Source: an uncultured bacterium
Lineage (GTDB): Bacteria; Fidelibacterota; UBA2242; JAFGTP01
Direction: 5' to 3'
DNA length: 64,000 bases
NCBI GenBank assembly: GCA_964640055.1
Contig: CAZXFH010000011.1
Location: 1,886-65,885, forward strand
The position numbers and the translations under genes were made by a program. The notes under the pieces are model-generated. The model did no database searches. It saw nothing but the letters and a program-made list of their open reading frames with translations, and was not told the DNA's origin. This document shows, piece by piece, positions 28,717 to 38,796 of the stretch (positions within the stretch are counted from its first letter, which is position 1; every line of letters begins with the position of its first letter).

Positions 28717-30801
28717 TTAAGCGATTACTTCCATGGTATTATAGCCATAGTAGCGGGGGGTTGTGCTGACCGTGCCCCCACCATTACCATGTATTTTTTC
28801 ACTATTAATATTCTGTTGCTGTGCATCTCCTGCCTGCCAATAGTTTAACGAACCAAAGGCTTTTTGTTTATGTCTGTCGTTGATTTCCACATCCAGGGAT
28901 GATAACAGGACCCCTTTTTGCTGTAAACTATCATATACGGAAGGCATATATTTTCTTAAAGCTGCTTTAACAGTTTCATTTTCCACTAAAATAGTGGCCT
29001 GATCTCCGGTGGGTCCCTTGGCAAACTGAATTTCTAAAGGACCATATTCTTTTCCATCGACATGAAAATTCGTTTGAGTTGTCTTCCCGCTATTGAAAAT
29101 ATTTACAATCTGTGTAATTTTTTCAATGAGATCAATTCTGATTCGTGATAGGCCCTGTAATTCGGTCATGTTATGGGATTTCATGAACGCAGAGAATCTA
29201 TATTTAAGCAGGTCAGGAGTAGATACCGACAGCTTTTGATTATCTGTGTTAATGAACTTATCCGTCGTCAAGGTCTGCTTTTTCGCAGACAATTTAATAC
29301 CTTTTTTCTCAGAAGGCTGCTCTTTGTCAGCTGACTTTTGATTACCTGATTTATCTGTTTTCTGCTGACCGGCCTGGTTCCCTTGCCTGACAGAAGATGA
29401 TTTAGGGATAGAGGCTTGACTTGTATTGTCTGATTTTATTTTCCCAATTTTTACCGTTACAGCTGATTGAGATATTTTGGTATCGCCTGTATTCTTTTTC
29501 TGTTCTGTTTGATGGCCTGAATCTTGTGAGGATTGCTTTGGTTTATCAGATTTCTGATCCGCTTTTTTTAATTCATTGTGATCAATTTGACCGGATTTGT
29601 TTTTGGATGCAGAATCGGATCTATTTTGCGGCTGTTTAGTATTATTGTCGGCTTCCCGTGAATTCTGTTTTACAAATTGTACATTTTTGTCCGCTTTGTA
29701 ATTTACCTGAGTTAAATCACTTCTCATCCTAGTTCGGGATTCTTGCGGCTTCCCAGACTCAGTACGCCGGCTATTTGGCTCCGAATGACTGCTGTTATGC
29801 TTGCTCCGCAACCCATCTAATCCCGATCCCTTAAATCCCTTAAGCTGTTTACCGGGAATAGTTCGGAGGTCATTTTCTTTTAACTGAGAAGCATCAATCT
29901 TATTTATCTTACCTGTGATTGGTCGGTTAAAATAGGACTTGGGTTTGCTTATCTCCTGTGAATCAGTCAAAATGCGCTTATTTTTAAAGTTATCTGAACC
30001 TGTTTTCCTAGTTTTAGCTTTAATATTCTGTAAAGCTGTTTCCATCACCTGTTTGGCTTTAAGCCCCGCGCTCAATTCTTTAATGCTATGCTCGGTTGGT
30101 GAATGTTTTAGATGATCTTTTGTAAAAGCCAATGTTTCTTTTCGCGCGCTAATCCTGGTATTTATCCGCCCCTGCCCGTGCGCTGTTCTTTGTCTGGTAA
30201 TTTTTGCTTCCTTAGCAGCTCCGAAAAGTCCGGTAGCAGTTTCTTTATGGCCTAGTTTAACAGCGGCATAACTTCTATTCTGGCCCTTATAATTGCTTTT
30301 CAGACTTGCATTATCGTTTTGCGAGACCGCTGCTCTCTTATTATGTTTAGCGGATTTGGCTGTTACTTGTTTATCCTGATTAAAAGAATCCTTATCTTCC
30401 GTACCGACGTTCTTGCCACTATCCGCTTGTTTATTTTGTGAATTTAGGGCCTGATGCGCTTTGCTATCCGGCCTGATCTCATTGCTTAAATTATCTTGGT
30501 TAATTTCTTCCGAAACTCCATTTGCACGTTGATTTTCAGACAAATTTATCTGGCTTTCCGGGGATGATGAGTTTTCATACTGCATTACAGAAAGCTGTGG
30601 TTCCTGATCTAACTTGTTGATTGATTGATTTTGGTCCGGGAACAAGTTATCACCGTTGGTAATACCGGGGGATTCTTGTACTAATTCCTGCTCAAAGATC
30701 GATTTAAATATACCGGGATTTCCTTTGATACCGCTTTCCGCTAAATATTGCGGAGCCCCCAAACGATTATCAAACTTGCTTATTTGCAGCGGTGTTTTCA
30801 T
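28717..30801 (-). CDS. fliK: Hook-length control protein FliK
   Basis: Long low-complexity K/Q/S-rich body plus C-terminal alpha/beta domain (G.LEI, L..SL.QKG); upstream of flgD. Confidence 0.85.
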   Translation of the reverse strand: MKTPLQISKFDNRLGAPQYLAESGIKGNPGIFKSIFEQELVQESPGITNGDNLFPDQNQSINKLDQEPQLSVMQYENSSSPESQINLSENQRANGVSEEINQDNLSNEIRPDSKAHQALNSQNKQADSGKNVGTEDKDSFNQDKQVTAKSAKHNKRAAVSQNDNASLKSNYKGQNRSYAAVKLGHKETATGLFGAAKEAKITRQRTAHGQGRINTRISARKETLAFTKDHLKHSPTEHSIKELSAGLKAKQVMETALQNIKAKTRKTGSDNFKNKRILTDSQEISKPKSYFNRPITGKINKIDASQLKENDLRTIPGKQLKGFKGSGLDGLRSKHNSSHSEPNSRRTESGKPQESRTRMRSDLTQVNYKADKNVQFVKQNSREADNNTKQPQNRSDSASKNKSGQIDHNELKKADQKSDKPKQSSQDSGHQTEQKKNTGDTKISQSAVTVKIGKIKSDNTSQASIPKSSSVRQGNQAGQQKTDKSGNQKSADKEQPSEKKGIKLSAKKQTLTTDKFINTDNQKLSVSTPDLLKYRFSAFMKSHNMTELQGLSRIRIDLIEKITQIVNIFNSGKTTQTNFHVDGKEYGPLEIQFAKGPTGDQATILVENETVKAALRKYMPSVYDSLQQKGVLLSSLDVEINDRHKQKAFGSLNYWQAGDAQQQNINSEKIHGNGGGTVSTTPRYYGYNTMEVIA

Positions 30802-30802
30802 T

Positions 30803-30856
30803 TCAGAAGAAGTTTCTCTGAGTTTTAAATTTTCTCTTTCTTGAGTTTGTTTTCAT
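30803..30856 (-). CDS. Putative 17-aa upstream ORF MKTNSRKRKFKTQRNFF
   Basis: Preceded by the purine-rich GGAGAAAGGTG; its stop ends 1 nt before the fliK ATG. Confidence 0.35.
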   Translation of the reverse strand: MKTNSRKRKFKTQRNFF

Positions 30857-30886
30857 CAATTCACACCTTTCTCCAGGATTTATAGT

Positions 30887-30902
30887 TTCAATTGTTATGC
30901 CA
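30887..30902 (-). promoter_or_regulatory. sigma54-type promoter of the fliK operon (TTGA -12)
   Basis: Minus strand TGGCATAACAATTGAA = GG-N10-GA. Confidence 0.75.
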
Positions 30903-31046
30903 TTTAACTGAAAGGTCATCTCCCCATTAAGCCTCACCGTTATCAATATCTATAACTAGTTGTTTTATTTGCACTTATATTATCTGCTAATAGGGGTAAT
31001 TGAATCATAACCGGTTTATCAATACAGCGGGTATATATTGGATATA

Positions 31047-31059
31047 GGAAAATATTTCC
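31047..31059. promoter_or_regulatory. Putative enhancer site for the fliK promoter
   Basis: GGAAAATATTTCC about 145 bp upstream of the promoter; weaker GGAAATTGGTTCT at 31069. Confidence 0.7.
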
Positions 31060-31220
31060 AGGGTTTATGGAAATTGGTTCTTATTTCAAATTCAGCAATA
31101 AATTCTTCATTCAGTTCAACTGTCAAGGCTGTTCCACAGAGGTAAAATTCCTCTTAAAAACTATGGGACCAATTTTTAACCAATATGAAAGCTAAAAATG
31201 GACGGGTGACAAAAATATAT

Positions 31221-31754
31221 TTATTGTGTTAATCGTTTGGTTATTTGTGCCGCCCGGTCAGCAGATAGGGCTTGTAATATTTTCATCTGTTTACGACTGC
31301 TCATTTGTTGATAGATCTTTATGATGGTTTGGTTATCAATCTTTTCTAATATCGGTTGTATTTCATCGACGCGCATGGCTTCGTAGGATTTGGCCAAATT
31401 CTTAATATTCTCACTTTTAGCCGTATAACTCGTTATATTCTGTTCTAACTGCTGCAGAGACCGACGGTAATCACGAATGCTGTCTGTTTTGGACTGTAAT
31501 AATAGAAAAAGGCTATCTATTTTCTCATTTTGAGCCAACATAACACTGTCTTTTTGCTGAATTATCTGTATCATACTATCTCGTTCAGTCATTTCTAGCG
31601 GTGGTGATAATGAGCGTGACTGGCGCGGTTGCGGTTGGCTCACCGCCGGAGGAGTGGACTCCTGTTCCGTATAGGACAGGATCCCAAAAATAACAGCGAC
31701 TAAAACAGCGAATAACACAAACCCGATAAAGATCCAAAATATTATTTTACGCAT
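31221..31754 (-). CDS. MotE/YlxF(FlbB)-like flagellar protein
   Basis: N-terminal TM, coiled coil, LAK.YEAM..., IL..M...K..IL.AL..DRAA repeat; follows fliJ. Confidence 0.8.
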   Translation of the reverse strand: MRKIIFWIFIGFVLFAVLVAVIFGILSYTEQESTPPAVSQPQPRQSRSLSPPLEMTERDSMIQIIQQKDSVMLAQNEKIDSLFLLLQSKTDSIRDYRRSLQQLEQNITSYTAKSENIKNLAKSYEAMRVDEIQPILEKIDNQTIIKIYQQMSSRKQMKILQALSADRAAQITKRLTQ

Positions 31755-32218
31755 TATTCTTCCTTGGGGCCATTACTGCGCGTTCGCCGTCGTAATGCCA
31801 TTTCACTTTCTTTTTTTTCATTTTCTTTCTTATTTATTTCAAGGTGTTTCTGGTAATGTCGTTCACGCAATTTTTCTAATATTTTACGCTCTTTACTGAC
31901 TTCTAAGAGGTCATTACGTCTTTGTTCTACTTCTTGATTGGATGCTTTAACCTTTTCGTCCTGAGAATTAATTTTATGGTTGAGTTGATCTAGATACTCG
32001 GCCGCTGCTTTCAATTTTTCAAGTGAAATGATTTCTTGTTTAACCACGGCTTCCTTTTGACCGAGATAATAATATTTTTTCTGATTCAATTTTTCCAGTC
32101 GCTGTTCTTCTTTCTTGAGAGCCTCTTTTGATCGTTTCAGATCAATTGCTTTTAGACCTTCTTTATCCGTCTTATATTTAAATATTTTTTCCAAATTAAA
32201 TTTAAACGACTTGCTCAT
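31754..32218 (-). CDS. fliJ: Export protein FliJ
   Basis: FKF.LEK start, coiled coil, ERKILEKLRE; after fliI. Confidence 0.92.
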   Translation of the reverse strand: MSKSFKFNLEKIFKYKTDKEGLKAIDLKRSKEALKKEEQRLEKLNQKKYYYLGQKEAVVKQEIISLEKLKAAAEYLDQLNHKINSQDEKVKASNQEVEQRRNDLLEVSKERKILEKLRERHYQKHLEINKKENEKKESEMALRRRTRSNGPKEE

Positions 32219-32224
32219 AATACT

Positions 32225-33553
32225 TTACTCAATACTATTGGCCAGTTCCTTCAGCGCCTCAAAACTCTCTTTGAAAGAGGCAGATTCCTGGATATTTTGC
32301 CTCAAATATGCATTGATATGATCAATATTTTTAATGGCACAATCTACTTGTGAATTGCTGCCTCCCTGATAGGCACCAATGTTGATCAAATCTTCGTTTT
32401 CCCGGTAAATAGAAAGTATTTCCATGATTTTCTGGGCATATTGTTTATGCTCCTCACTGGTCACATCATTCTTTAGACGGCTGACACTCTCCAGGACATC
32501 AATCGCCGGATAATGACCTTTGGTGGCCAAAGATCTTGATAACACAATATGACCATCCAGAATCGAGCGCGCCGCATCACTAATGGGCTCATCCAGGTCA
32601 TCACTTTCTACCAAAACAGTATATATTCCAGTGATACTACCTCTCTCAGCGGTGCCAGCGCGTTCCAGCAGACGGGGTAAGAGAGCAAACACCGAGGGGG
32701 TATACCCTTTTGTGGTGGGTGGTTCTTCGGCCGCCAATCCGATTTCGCGTTGGGCCATAGCCACCCGGGTCAAAGAATCCATTAACAGAAGCACATCCAG
32801 ACCCTGAGCACGAAAATATTCCGCAATAGCGGTTGTAATCAGGGCGGCTTTGACACGCACCATGGCCGCCTGATCGGAGGTTGCTACCACAACCACCGAT
32901 TTCTTTAGTCCTTCTGCTCCCAGATCCCTTTCAATAAATTCTCTGACTTCCCGGCCCCGCTCACCAACAAGTCCGATAACATTGACATCTGCATTGGTGT
33001 AGCGGGCCATCATCCCGAGTAATACACTTTTCCCGACACCACTACCCGAAAACAAACCCGCGCGCTGACCTTTGCCAATCGTAACCAGCCCATCAATCGG
33101 TCTGATTCCGGTAGTGAGATGCTGTTTGATTCTGGTCCGAAACATCGGGTTGGGCGGCGTATTATAGGCCGGCTGTTTCTGATCGGTATAGATGGCCCCT
33201 TTCCCATCAATCGGATTTCCCAGCCCATCAATAACACGCCCCAAAATTTGCGGTCCCACTGAAACTGATAAGGGTTTGGGGCTGCGGTAAATTTCGCTCC
33301 CGGGTGATATGCCTACGGTCTCATCCAGTGGCATCAGTAAAACCTTGTCCTGGCGAAATCCGACAATTTCGGCCCGAATATGATCACCCGAACGGGTTCT
33401 GATACGACATAATTCCCCCAATGTACCATCGGGTAAACTGGCTTCAATAATCAAACCGATTACTTTGGATACTTTGCCTTCGATCTGTACCGGAGAGGGT
33501 GATTGGGCCACCCAGGCCTGATACTGAAGTACTTTTTTCTTTAGAACATCCAT
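32225..33553 (-). CDS. fliI: Export ATPase FliI
   Basis: GSGVGKS, GERGREV, MDSLTR, ILDGHIVLSR motifs. Confidence 0.99.
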   Translation of the reverse strand: MDVLKKKVLQYQAWVAQSPSPVQIEGKVSKVIGLIIEASLPDGTLGELCRIRTRSGDHIRAEIVGFRQDKVLLMPLDETVGISPGSEIYRSPKPLSVSVGPQILGRVIDGLGNPIDGKGAIYTDQKQPAYNTPPNPMFRTRIKQHLTTGIRPIDGLVTIGKGQRAGLFSGSGVGKSVLLGMMARYTNADVNVIGLVGERGREVREFIERDLGAEGLKKSVVVVATSDQAAMVRVKAALITTAIAEYFRAQGLDVLLLMDSLTRVAMAQREIGLAAEEPPTTKGYTPSVFALLPRLLERAGTAERGSITGIYTVLVESDDLDEPISDAARSILDGHIVLSRSLATKGHYPAIDVLESVSRLKNDVTSEEHKQYAQKIMEILSIYRENEDLINIGAYQGGSNSQVDCAIKNIDHINAYLRQNIQESASFKESFEALKELANSIE

Positions 33554-34252
33554 CTATTTATCAGTATCATAGGATTTTAAGTTTTGTAGTTGCCGTGCTA
33601 GGCTAGCATCGATCTTTATCCGATTGGTTTCTATGATACAATCACCGGGTGAAAGGGCTTCATTTTCCACTAAATGTATCTTATTATTTGATGATAAGTC
33701 ACTGAGTAAATCTTCTATGGAAACTTGTTTTAGCTGGGCCGGATTTAATTGGATAGTTATTTCTCCCTGGTTGATTATCTCCCCAATATGTTTCTTAATT
33801 AATTTTTCTAAATAAATACGATAATCTGCTTTGTTTTTTAGCTCCCGTTCAAGAATCTTTTCGGCTATTTCAAAAGCCAGTTCCAAAATGGGTTGGCTTA
33901 ATTTTTCCAGGGCACCCCGGAAGCGGTCATCCAGATTTTGGATCAATTTTGTATATAAATCCTTATATTTTTTTTCAACCTTTATAAACTCATGCTCAGC
34001 CCGTTCTTTGCCTTCTTCAACACCCGCCTGAAAGGCTTCTTCCCGGGCTGCCTGCAGCGATTTTTCCAAAATATCGATTTGCTTTTCCAACTGATGTAAT
34101 TGTTTATGATGAGATTCACCCTTATTAAGAGTATCAGAAGGTTGCTTACCAGGGCCGTTATTGGCTCTTTCTTGAGTGGATATTTGCTCGCATTTAGCCT
34201 CGGAGTAAAATTTTTTAACCCTGTTTCCTAAAGGTAATTTTATGGTCTTCAT
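33554..34252 (-). CDS. fliH: Export protein FliH
   Basis: AxxxGxxxG repeat, G.C.IET...IDA; between fliG and fliI. Confidence 0.9.
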   Translation of the reverse strand: MKTIKLPLGNRVKKFYSEAKCEQISTQERANNGPGKQPSDTLNKGESHHKQLHQLEKQIDILEKSLQAAREEAFQAGVEEGKERAEHEFIKVEKKYKDLYTKLIQNLDDRFRGALEKLSQPILELAFEIAEKILERELKNKADYRIYLEKLIKKHIGEIINQGEITIQLNPAQLKQVSIEDLLSDLSSNNKIHLVENEALSPGDCIIETNRIKIDASLARQLQNLKSYDTDK

Positions 34253-35328
34253 TCAATTATTTCGTCTTCCTCTTTGGTCATGCTAATTTCACCGCTTTCC
34301 TCAAGTTCTCTGACGATATCAATAACCTTTTTCTGAGCATTTTCTACTTCACGGACACGAACCGGCCCCAGGTATTGCAATTCATCTTTTAACATTTCCG
34401 CGGCCCGTTCGGACATATTATTCATGAACTTATCTTTTAATCCGGGTGTCGCTCCTTTCAACGCCAAGGCCAATGATTGAGAATCCAGCTCCTTGGTAAT
34501 CATCTGGACTGCAGAATTAGAAAGATCTTCAATGTCTTCAAACAAGAACATATGATTTTTTATTTCTTCAGCCAATTTCGGATTTCTATTTTTAATATGA
34601 GTCAACACATTTTTCTCGGCCGACCGTGAGGCTGAATTTAATATTTGGGCAACTGCCTCAGAGCCTCCCATTTTACTGACTTCCTGACCAAATACGGTCC
34701 CCATCTGATCCCGCAGGGCACTTTCAATTTCCCGAATTAATTCCGGAGAAGTTTTCTCCATGGTAGCCAGACGATAAGAGATCTCGGTTTGCTGGTCCTC
34801 GGGTAATTCCGATAAGATCGTGGCCGCCTTATTGGGTTTGAGATTGGCCAGGATGAGGGCCGCGGTTTGCGGATGTTCGCTCTGTAAAAAATTAATGAGT
34901 TGTTTATCATCCACTGTTTGTAAAAGGTAAAAAGCACTCACTTCTGTGGCGGCTTCAACTTTTTGTAGAATCTGTTCCGCTTTTTTATGTCCCCACGCCT
35001 TTTCTAGGACTTCCTTGGCATATCCCATACCTCCCTTGGTAATAAAATCCTTGGCTTGTACCGACTGATAGAACTCTTCGATGGCGAGACCAATGTCATC
35101 GGCTTGGATATTCGTCATCTTGGCAATGGCAATGGTCAATTTTTCCAGCTCATCATCCGTCAAATTTTTCATGATCTCTGCGGCTTTTTTCTCGCCAACA
35201 GCAATCAAGACCAAAGCCGCCTTATCCAAATCCGATAATCCTTGCGTACCTCCTTTTTTACCTAAATCGTTCTTAACTTTATTTGCTTCAGTATTTAATT
35301 CGCTCTTAACAGCTGCTTCTTCCTGCAT
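34249..35328 (-). CDS. fliG: Rotor protein FliG
   Basis: KAA.VL, EHPQT.A.IL, MFLFED, NMSERAA, GPVR motifs. Confidence 0.98.
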   Translation of the reverse strand: MQEEAAVKSELNTEANKVKNDLGKKGGTQGLSDLDKAALVLIAVGEKKAAEIMKNLTDDELEKLTIAIAKMTNIQADDIGLAIEEFYQSVQAKDFITKGGMGYAKEVLEKAWGHKKAEQILQKVEAATEVSAFYLLQTVDDKQLINFLQSEHPQTAALILANLKPNKAATILSELPEDQQTEISYRLATMEKTSPELIREIESALRDQMGTVFGQEVSKMGGSEAVAQILNSASRSAEKNVLTHIKNRNPKLAEEIKNHMFLFEDIEDLSNSAVQMITKELDSQSLALALKGATPGLKDKFMNNMSERAAEMLKDELQYLGPVRVREVENAQKKVIDIVRELEESGEISMTKEEDEIIE

Positions 35329-35329
35329 C

Positions 35330-36937
35330 TCATGCCCCTTGTTTGTCGGTAACCCAAGCCTGTATCAATTGGGCTGCATCTTCCGGTTTCTGTTCAATGA
35401 ATTTCGAAACCTCATTGATCATTTTGCGTTTGGCTTTCAATTTGGCACGTGCTTCTGGACTTAATTTTTTAATAAATACATCCTCCGGAATCTCTTCCTC
35501 GTCTTCCCCCTCTTCTTGATAGCCCTGGGCTAAATATTTGCTTCCTTCCGTGGTCCTTAACGCAGCGCGGTGCTTACCACCACCAGACAGTTTTAAAACC
35601 TCTGCAGAGCCCTTCATCATTCGACGGATTAAAAAGAAAGCCACTAAAAATCCGGATACAATCAAACCTTTGTTGATCATTTCCTGAATTAAATTGCGCC
35701 GTTCAACCTTTTCGAAATAGGCTCTATCTTCCTCGATTTGTGTACGGTTAAATCGTAGATTCTTTACTTCCACCAGATCCCCCCGGTCCGCATTATAGCC
35801 AACAGCACTTTTAACCAGTTGCGTGATTTGTGCCAGCTCCTGTCTGCTACGGGGTTTATAAATCTGGTTTTTTTCACCATTATTATCCGTGCCTTCTTCG
35901 TAGGTACCATTAATTAGAACCGCCACGCTTAAGCGCTTTATATTGCCTGTATTTTGCACATGGTGCTTGACACTCTTATTGGTCTCGTAATTAGTGATCA
36001 CATTTTCACGGGTGTGCTTCTCATTAGTATTGTTGAGGGAGTCCAAGTTATAGCGGGACTCAATCTGTTTCTCTTCACTGATAACCGCCAGGTTTTCGGG
36101 ATCAATTTCTTCGGTTGTTTCTTCTAATTTTTCAAAATTCAGCTCCGCAGAAACTTTAACCACCGCATTTTCTTTACCAACTAAATTTTCCACAATGCGG
36201 GTGACTTTGCTTTCCACCTTTCTTTCCACTTGATTGCAGAGATTCCACTGATTGCCAGCAGTTGATAACACCCCGGATTCTTCTTTACTGCTGGATAACA
36301 AGTTCCCATCCGAATCTACCACAGCGACATCCGATGCCTCAATACCATCCACACTATTCGCTACGAGTGCGGCAATTCCGCGGATCTGACTGTCATTCAA
36401 ATACTGTCCATTTTGTAAATACAGGACTACAGAAGCTTTTCCACTGGGCTTCTCTTCAAATAATTTCTCTTTAGGAAGCACTAAATGAACCCGGGAACTT
36501 TTTACTTCGGAAAACCTGTTTATCGTTTTCGACAGTTCTCCTTCCAGCGCCCGTTTCATGTTCAGTTGCTGCATAAAGGTAGTCATCCCGATCTTGGAAT
36601 CATCAAACACCTGATAGCCTTTGATGGCCTCCCCTACATAGCCGGCTTCTGTAAATTCCAACCGTAATTCATCAACATGTTCAGCGGGAACCTTAATGGT
36701 CGTACCATTATTCTCTATGCGATATTTTATGCTTTTATCGCGTAACTCACTGACTATTTTAGAGGCATTACTCGGATCTAAATCAGTATATAACAATTGA
36801 TATTCCGGACGGTTGGCCCAAAACAGTAATACCACAATAGCTGAAATGAGCCCGACAAAGACTAAAACAAATAGAATTCGTTGGCCGAGGCTATAGCGTT
36901 GGAATAAACGTATAATTTGTGCAAATATTTGACTCAT
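35330..36937 (-). CDS. fliF: MS-ring protein FliF
   Basis: Two TMs, RALEGEL..TI, RVHLVLP, RLSVAVLING, RGD.V.V. Confidence 0.98.
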   Translation of the reverse strand: MSQIFAQIIRLFQRYSLGQRILFVLVFVGLISAIVVLLFWANRPEYQLLYTDLDPSNASKIVSELRDKSIKYRIENNGTTIKVPAEHVDELRLEFTEAGYVGEAIKGYQVFDDSKIGMTTFMQQLNMKRALEGELSKTINRFSEVKSSRVHLVLPKEKLFEEKPSGKASVVLYLQNGQYLNDSQIRGIAALVANSVDGIEASDVAVVDSDGNLLSSSKEESGVLSTAGNQWNLCNQVERKVESKVTRIVENLVGKENAVVKVSAELNFEKLEETTEEIDPENLAVISEEKQIESRYNLDSLNNTNEKHTRENVITNYETNKSVKHHVQNTGNIKRLSVAVLINGTYEEGTDNNGEKNQIYKPRSRQELAQITQLVKSAVGYNADRGDLVEVKNLRFNRTQIEEDRAYFEKVERRNLIQEMINKGLIVSGFLVAFFLIRRMMKGSAEVLKLSGGGKHRAALRTTEGSKYLAQGYQEEGEDEEEIPEDVFIKKLSPEARAKLKAKRKMINEVSKFIEQKPEDAAQLIQAWVTDKQGA

Positions 36938-36967
36938 TATTTTAAATAATCCATTATTGTTTAAGCA

Positions 36968-37279
36968 TTACACCGGCATGCGTTTGAGCTCATTATAGGC
37001 ATTTAAAAGTTCACTGCGAATCTTCAGCATAAGTTGAAAACTGAGACCCGATTCTTCCAATTTGGACATAGCCTGCGCAATATTATCGGATTTGTTGGTA
37101 ATAATATCTTTGACTGCTGCGCCGGCTTCCTTTTGATCCTCATTGACGGCTTGTAAGAAATCCCGGATAGTATTTGAAAAATTGACTTCACCAGTATCCT
37201 TTTGGTCGGTTTTCGTTTTAATTTGATCCTCAAGCGAGGAAATCTGTTGGGTGCGTAAAATTTCATTAATAGTGGGCAT
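36968..37279 (-). CDS. fliE: Basal-body protein FliE
   Basis: F.......VN..Q and IR..L..AY.E..RMPV C-terminus. Confidence 0.93.
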   Translation of the reverse strand: MPTINEILRTQQISSLEDQIKTKTDQKDTGEVNFSNTIRDFLQAVNEDQKEAGAAVKDIITNKSDNIAQAMSKLEESGLSFQLMLKIRSELLNAYNELKRMPV

Positions 37280-37282
37280 TAT

Positions 37283-37558
37283 TTATCCTTTCAAATCAAT
37301 AAATTGACCTTTATGAATCGTATTTACTTTGTTCTCACCATAGAACTGCATTTCCTCCGGCATTTTAGAGCCAAACAACATATGGAGCGTATTCATCTCT
37401 GTATTCGAAAGTAATTTCTCTTGTCCGGCCATTGATTTCTGATCATTGTTAGCTTTCTCTTTGAGCTTGCCATGCGGAACTCTTTGCTCTGCATAGATAT
37501 TGTTTTTATATGGATTAGGGGATATTTGATTTTGGTCGATATTATGCAGCTCTTTCAT
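37283..37558 (-). CDS. Small hypothetical protein between flgC and fliE
   Basis: 91-aa ORF packed between genes; ends KGQFIDLKG. Confidence 0.75.
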   Translation of the reverse strand: MKELHNIDQNQISPNPYKNNIYAEQRVPHGKLKEKANNDQKSMAGQEKLLSNTEMNTLHMLFGSKMPEEMQFYGENKVNTIHKGQFIDLKG

Positions 37559-37567
37559 ACTGTTACC

Positions 37568-38062
37568 CTATATTTCCAACGCTTTTTTGGCCATGTTTTT
37601 AGCCGCATCCATCACATTAAGATTCGCATCATAGCCTCTTGAAGCCGCCATCATATCGATCATTTCTTCAATTATATTCACATTGGACATCCGGACGTAA
37701 CCCTTTTCATCGGCCAGCGGATGATTTGGATTGAAAATAAGTCGGGCTCCGTCTACCTCAACGACCTCTAAACGATTGCGGTTATAGGATCTCGAGGGAC
37801 TGAGAGAAGGTGAGTTTGAATGCTGTAAATGCTTATGACTAGAGCGTTTCAAATGCATATTCAGTTGTTGGCCGAACTCCGTTGATTGGTTGCCACCCTG
37901 AGCCTTATCAACAACGACCCTTCTTTTGTAGGTCTGCCCATCAGCGCCAACGGTTTTTTCGGCATTAGCAATATTTTCTGAGATTACTTCAAGCTTCTTT
38001 ATCTGCCGGTCGAGGCCGGACTGACTAATACGAAAAATTGTAAACATACCGGTATCACTCAT
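37568..38062 (-). CDS. flgC: Rod protein FlgC
   Basis: SENIANA, Y.RR.V, P.HPLAD..GYV..NV..IEEM.DM..ASR.Y.AN. Confidence 0.97.
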   Translation of the reverse strand: MSDTGMFTIFRISQSGLDRQIKKLEVISENIANAEKTVGADGQTYKRRVVVDKAQGGNQSTEFGQQLNMHLKRSSHKHLQHSNSPSLSPSRSYNRNRLEVVEVDGARLIFNPNHPLADEKGYVRMSNVNIIEEMIDMMAASRGYDANLNVMDAAKNMAKKALEI

Positions 38063-38074
38063 GACTCTAGTCCC

Positions 38075-38455
38075 CTATATTTGCCCGCGAATGCTTAGCT
38101 TCAGCCCTTGGTAATACTTACCCAGCGTTTTGGAAACAAATTCATGGCGAATCTGGTTTTCCGCTAATTCGCTCATCTCCCGGGTAAGATCAATCGGATT
38201 TTTCCCGGATGGATCCAGCGCTTTGCTTTCCTGAGGGTATTGTCCGTGAGCAATATGCTTCCGATGGGTGGTATGCAGTCCGGTATGTTTTTTCGCGGCT
38301 TTCAATTCATCGGCAAAATTCGTTCTCTTCCGGGTATAGGCCGGATTATCAATATTGGCAATATTGTTGGCATTACCGCGCACCTGTTTGGCATAGATAT
38401 CCAGCGCTTTTTGCATTAAATCCGCATGCTGAGTGTTAAAAAGGCTTATTTTCAT
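38075..38455 (-). CDS. flgB: Rod protein FlgB
   Basis: ANNIANIDNP.Y, T...HI, G.N.IDL..EM..LA.NQ motifs. Confidence 0.95.
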   Translation of the reverse strand: MKISLFNTQHADLMQKALDIYAKQVRGNANNIANIDNPAYTRKRTNFADELKAAKKHTGLHTTHRKHIAHGQYPQESKALDPSGKNPIDLTREMSELAENQIRHEFVSKTLGKYYQGLKLSIRGQI

Positions 38456-38486
38456 TGATCCACCTGTTTTTTGCTATCTATATTCG

Positions 38487-38502
38487 CTCAATTCTTATGC
38501 CA
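38487..38502 (-). promoter_or_regulatory. sigma54-type promoter of the flgB operon (TTGA -12)
   Basis: Minus strand TGGCATAAGAATTGAG = GG-N10-GA, about 30 bp before the flgB start. Confidence 0.75.
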
Positions 38503-38624
38503 ATCCGGTCGAGTTTCATTAAAAATACAAAAAATATTAACCCGCTCCTGTATCTAGGGTAAATAAGACGCTGTCCAATTACCTCATCCCAGGCTGACCC
38601 ATCCTAAATATAATTCAGGCCCTA

Positions 38625-38637
38625 GGAAATTATTTCC
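38625..38637. promoter_or_regulatory. Putative enhancer site for the flgB promoter
   Basis: GGAAATTATTTCC about 125 bp upstream of the promoter. Confidence 0.7.
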
Positions 38638-38796
38638 AAGCGGGGCACAATTTATTCCCCTTACACAATTCGATGCCCAATTGCCGGCTGAAATGGGACA
38701 CCAAAAATAAATTGAGACTTTTATTCCTTATTAAGAAAATTACAATTGGCTATTTATTTTAGCAATTAGAGATTGAAAACTTAAAAGGGGGCAAAA

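Noticed and set aside
30941-30965. IHF sites between the enhancer and the promoter
   Set aside because: Only imperfect matches in AT-rich DNA, and not consistent across the other promoters.
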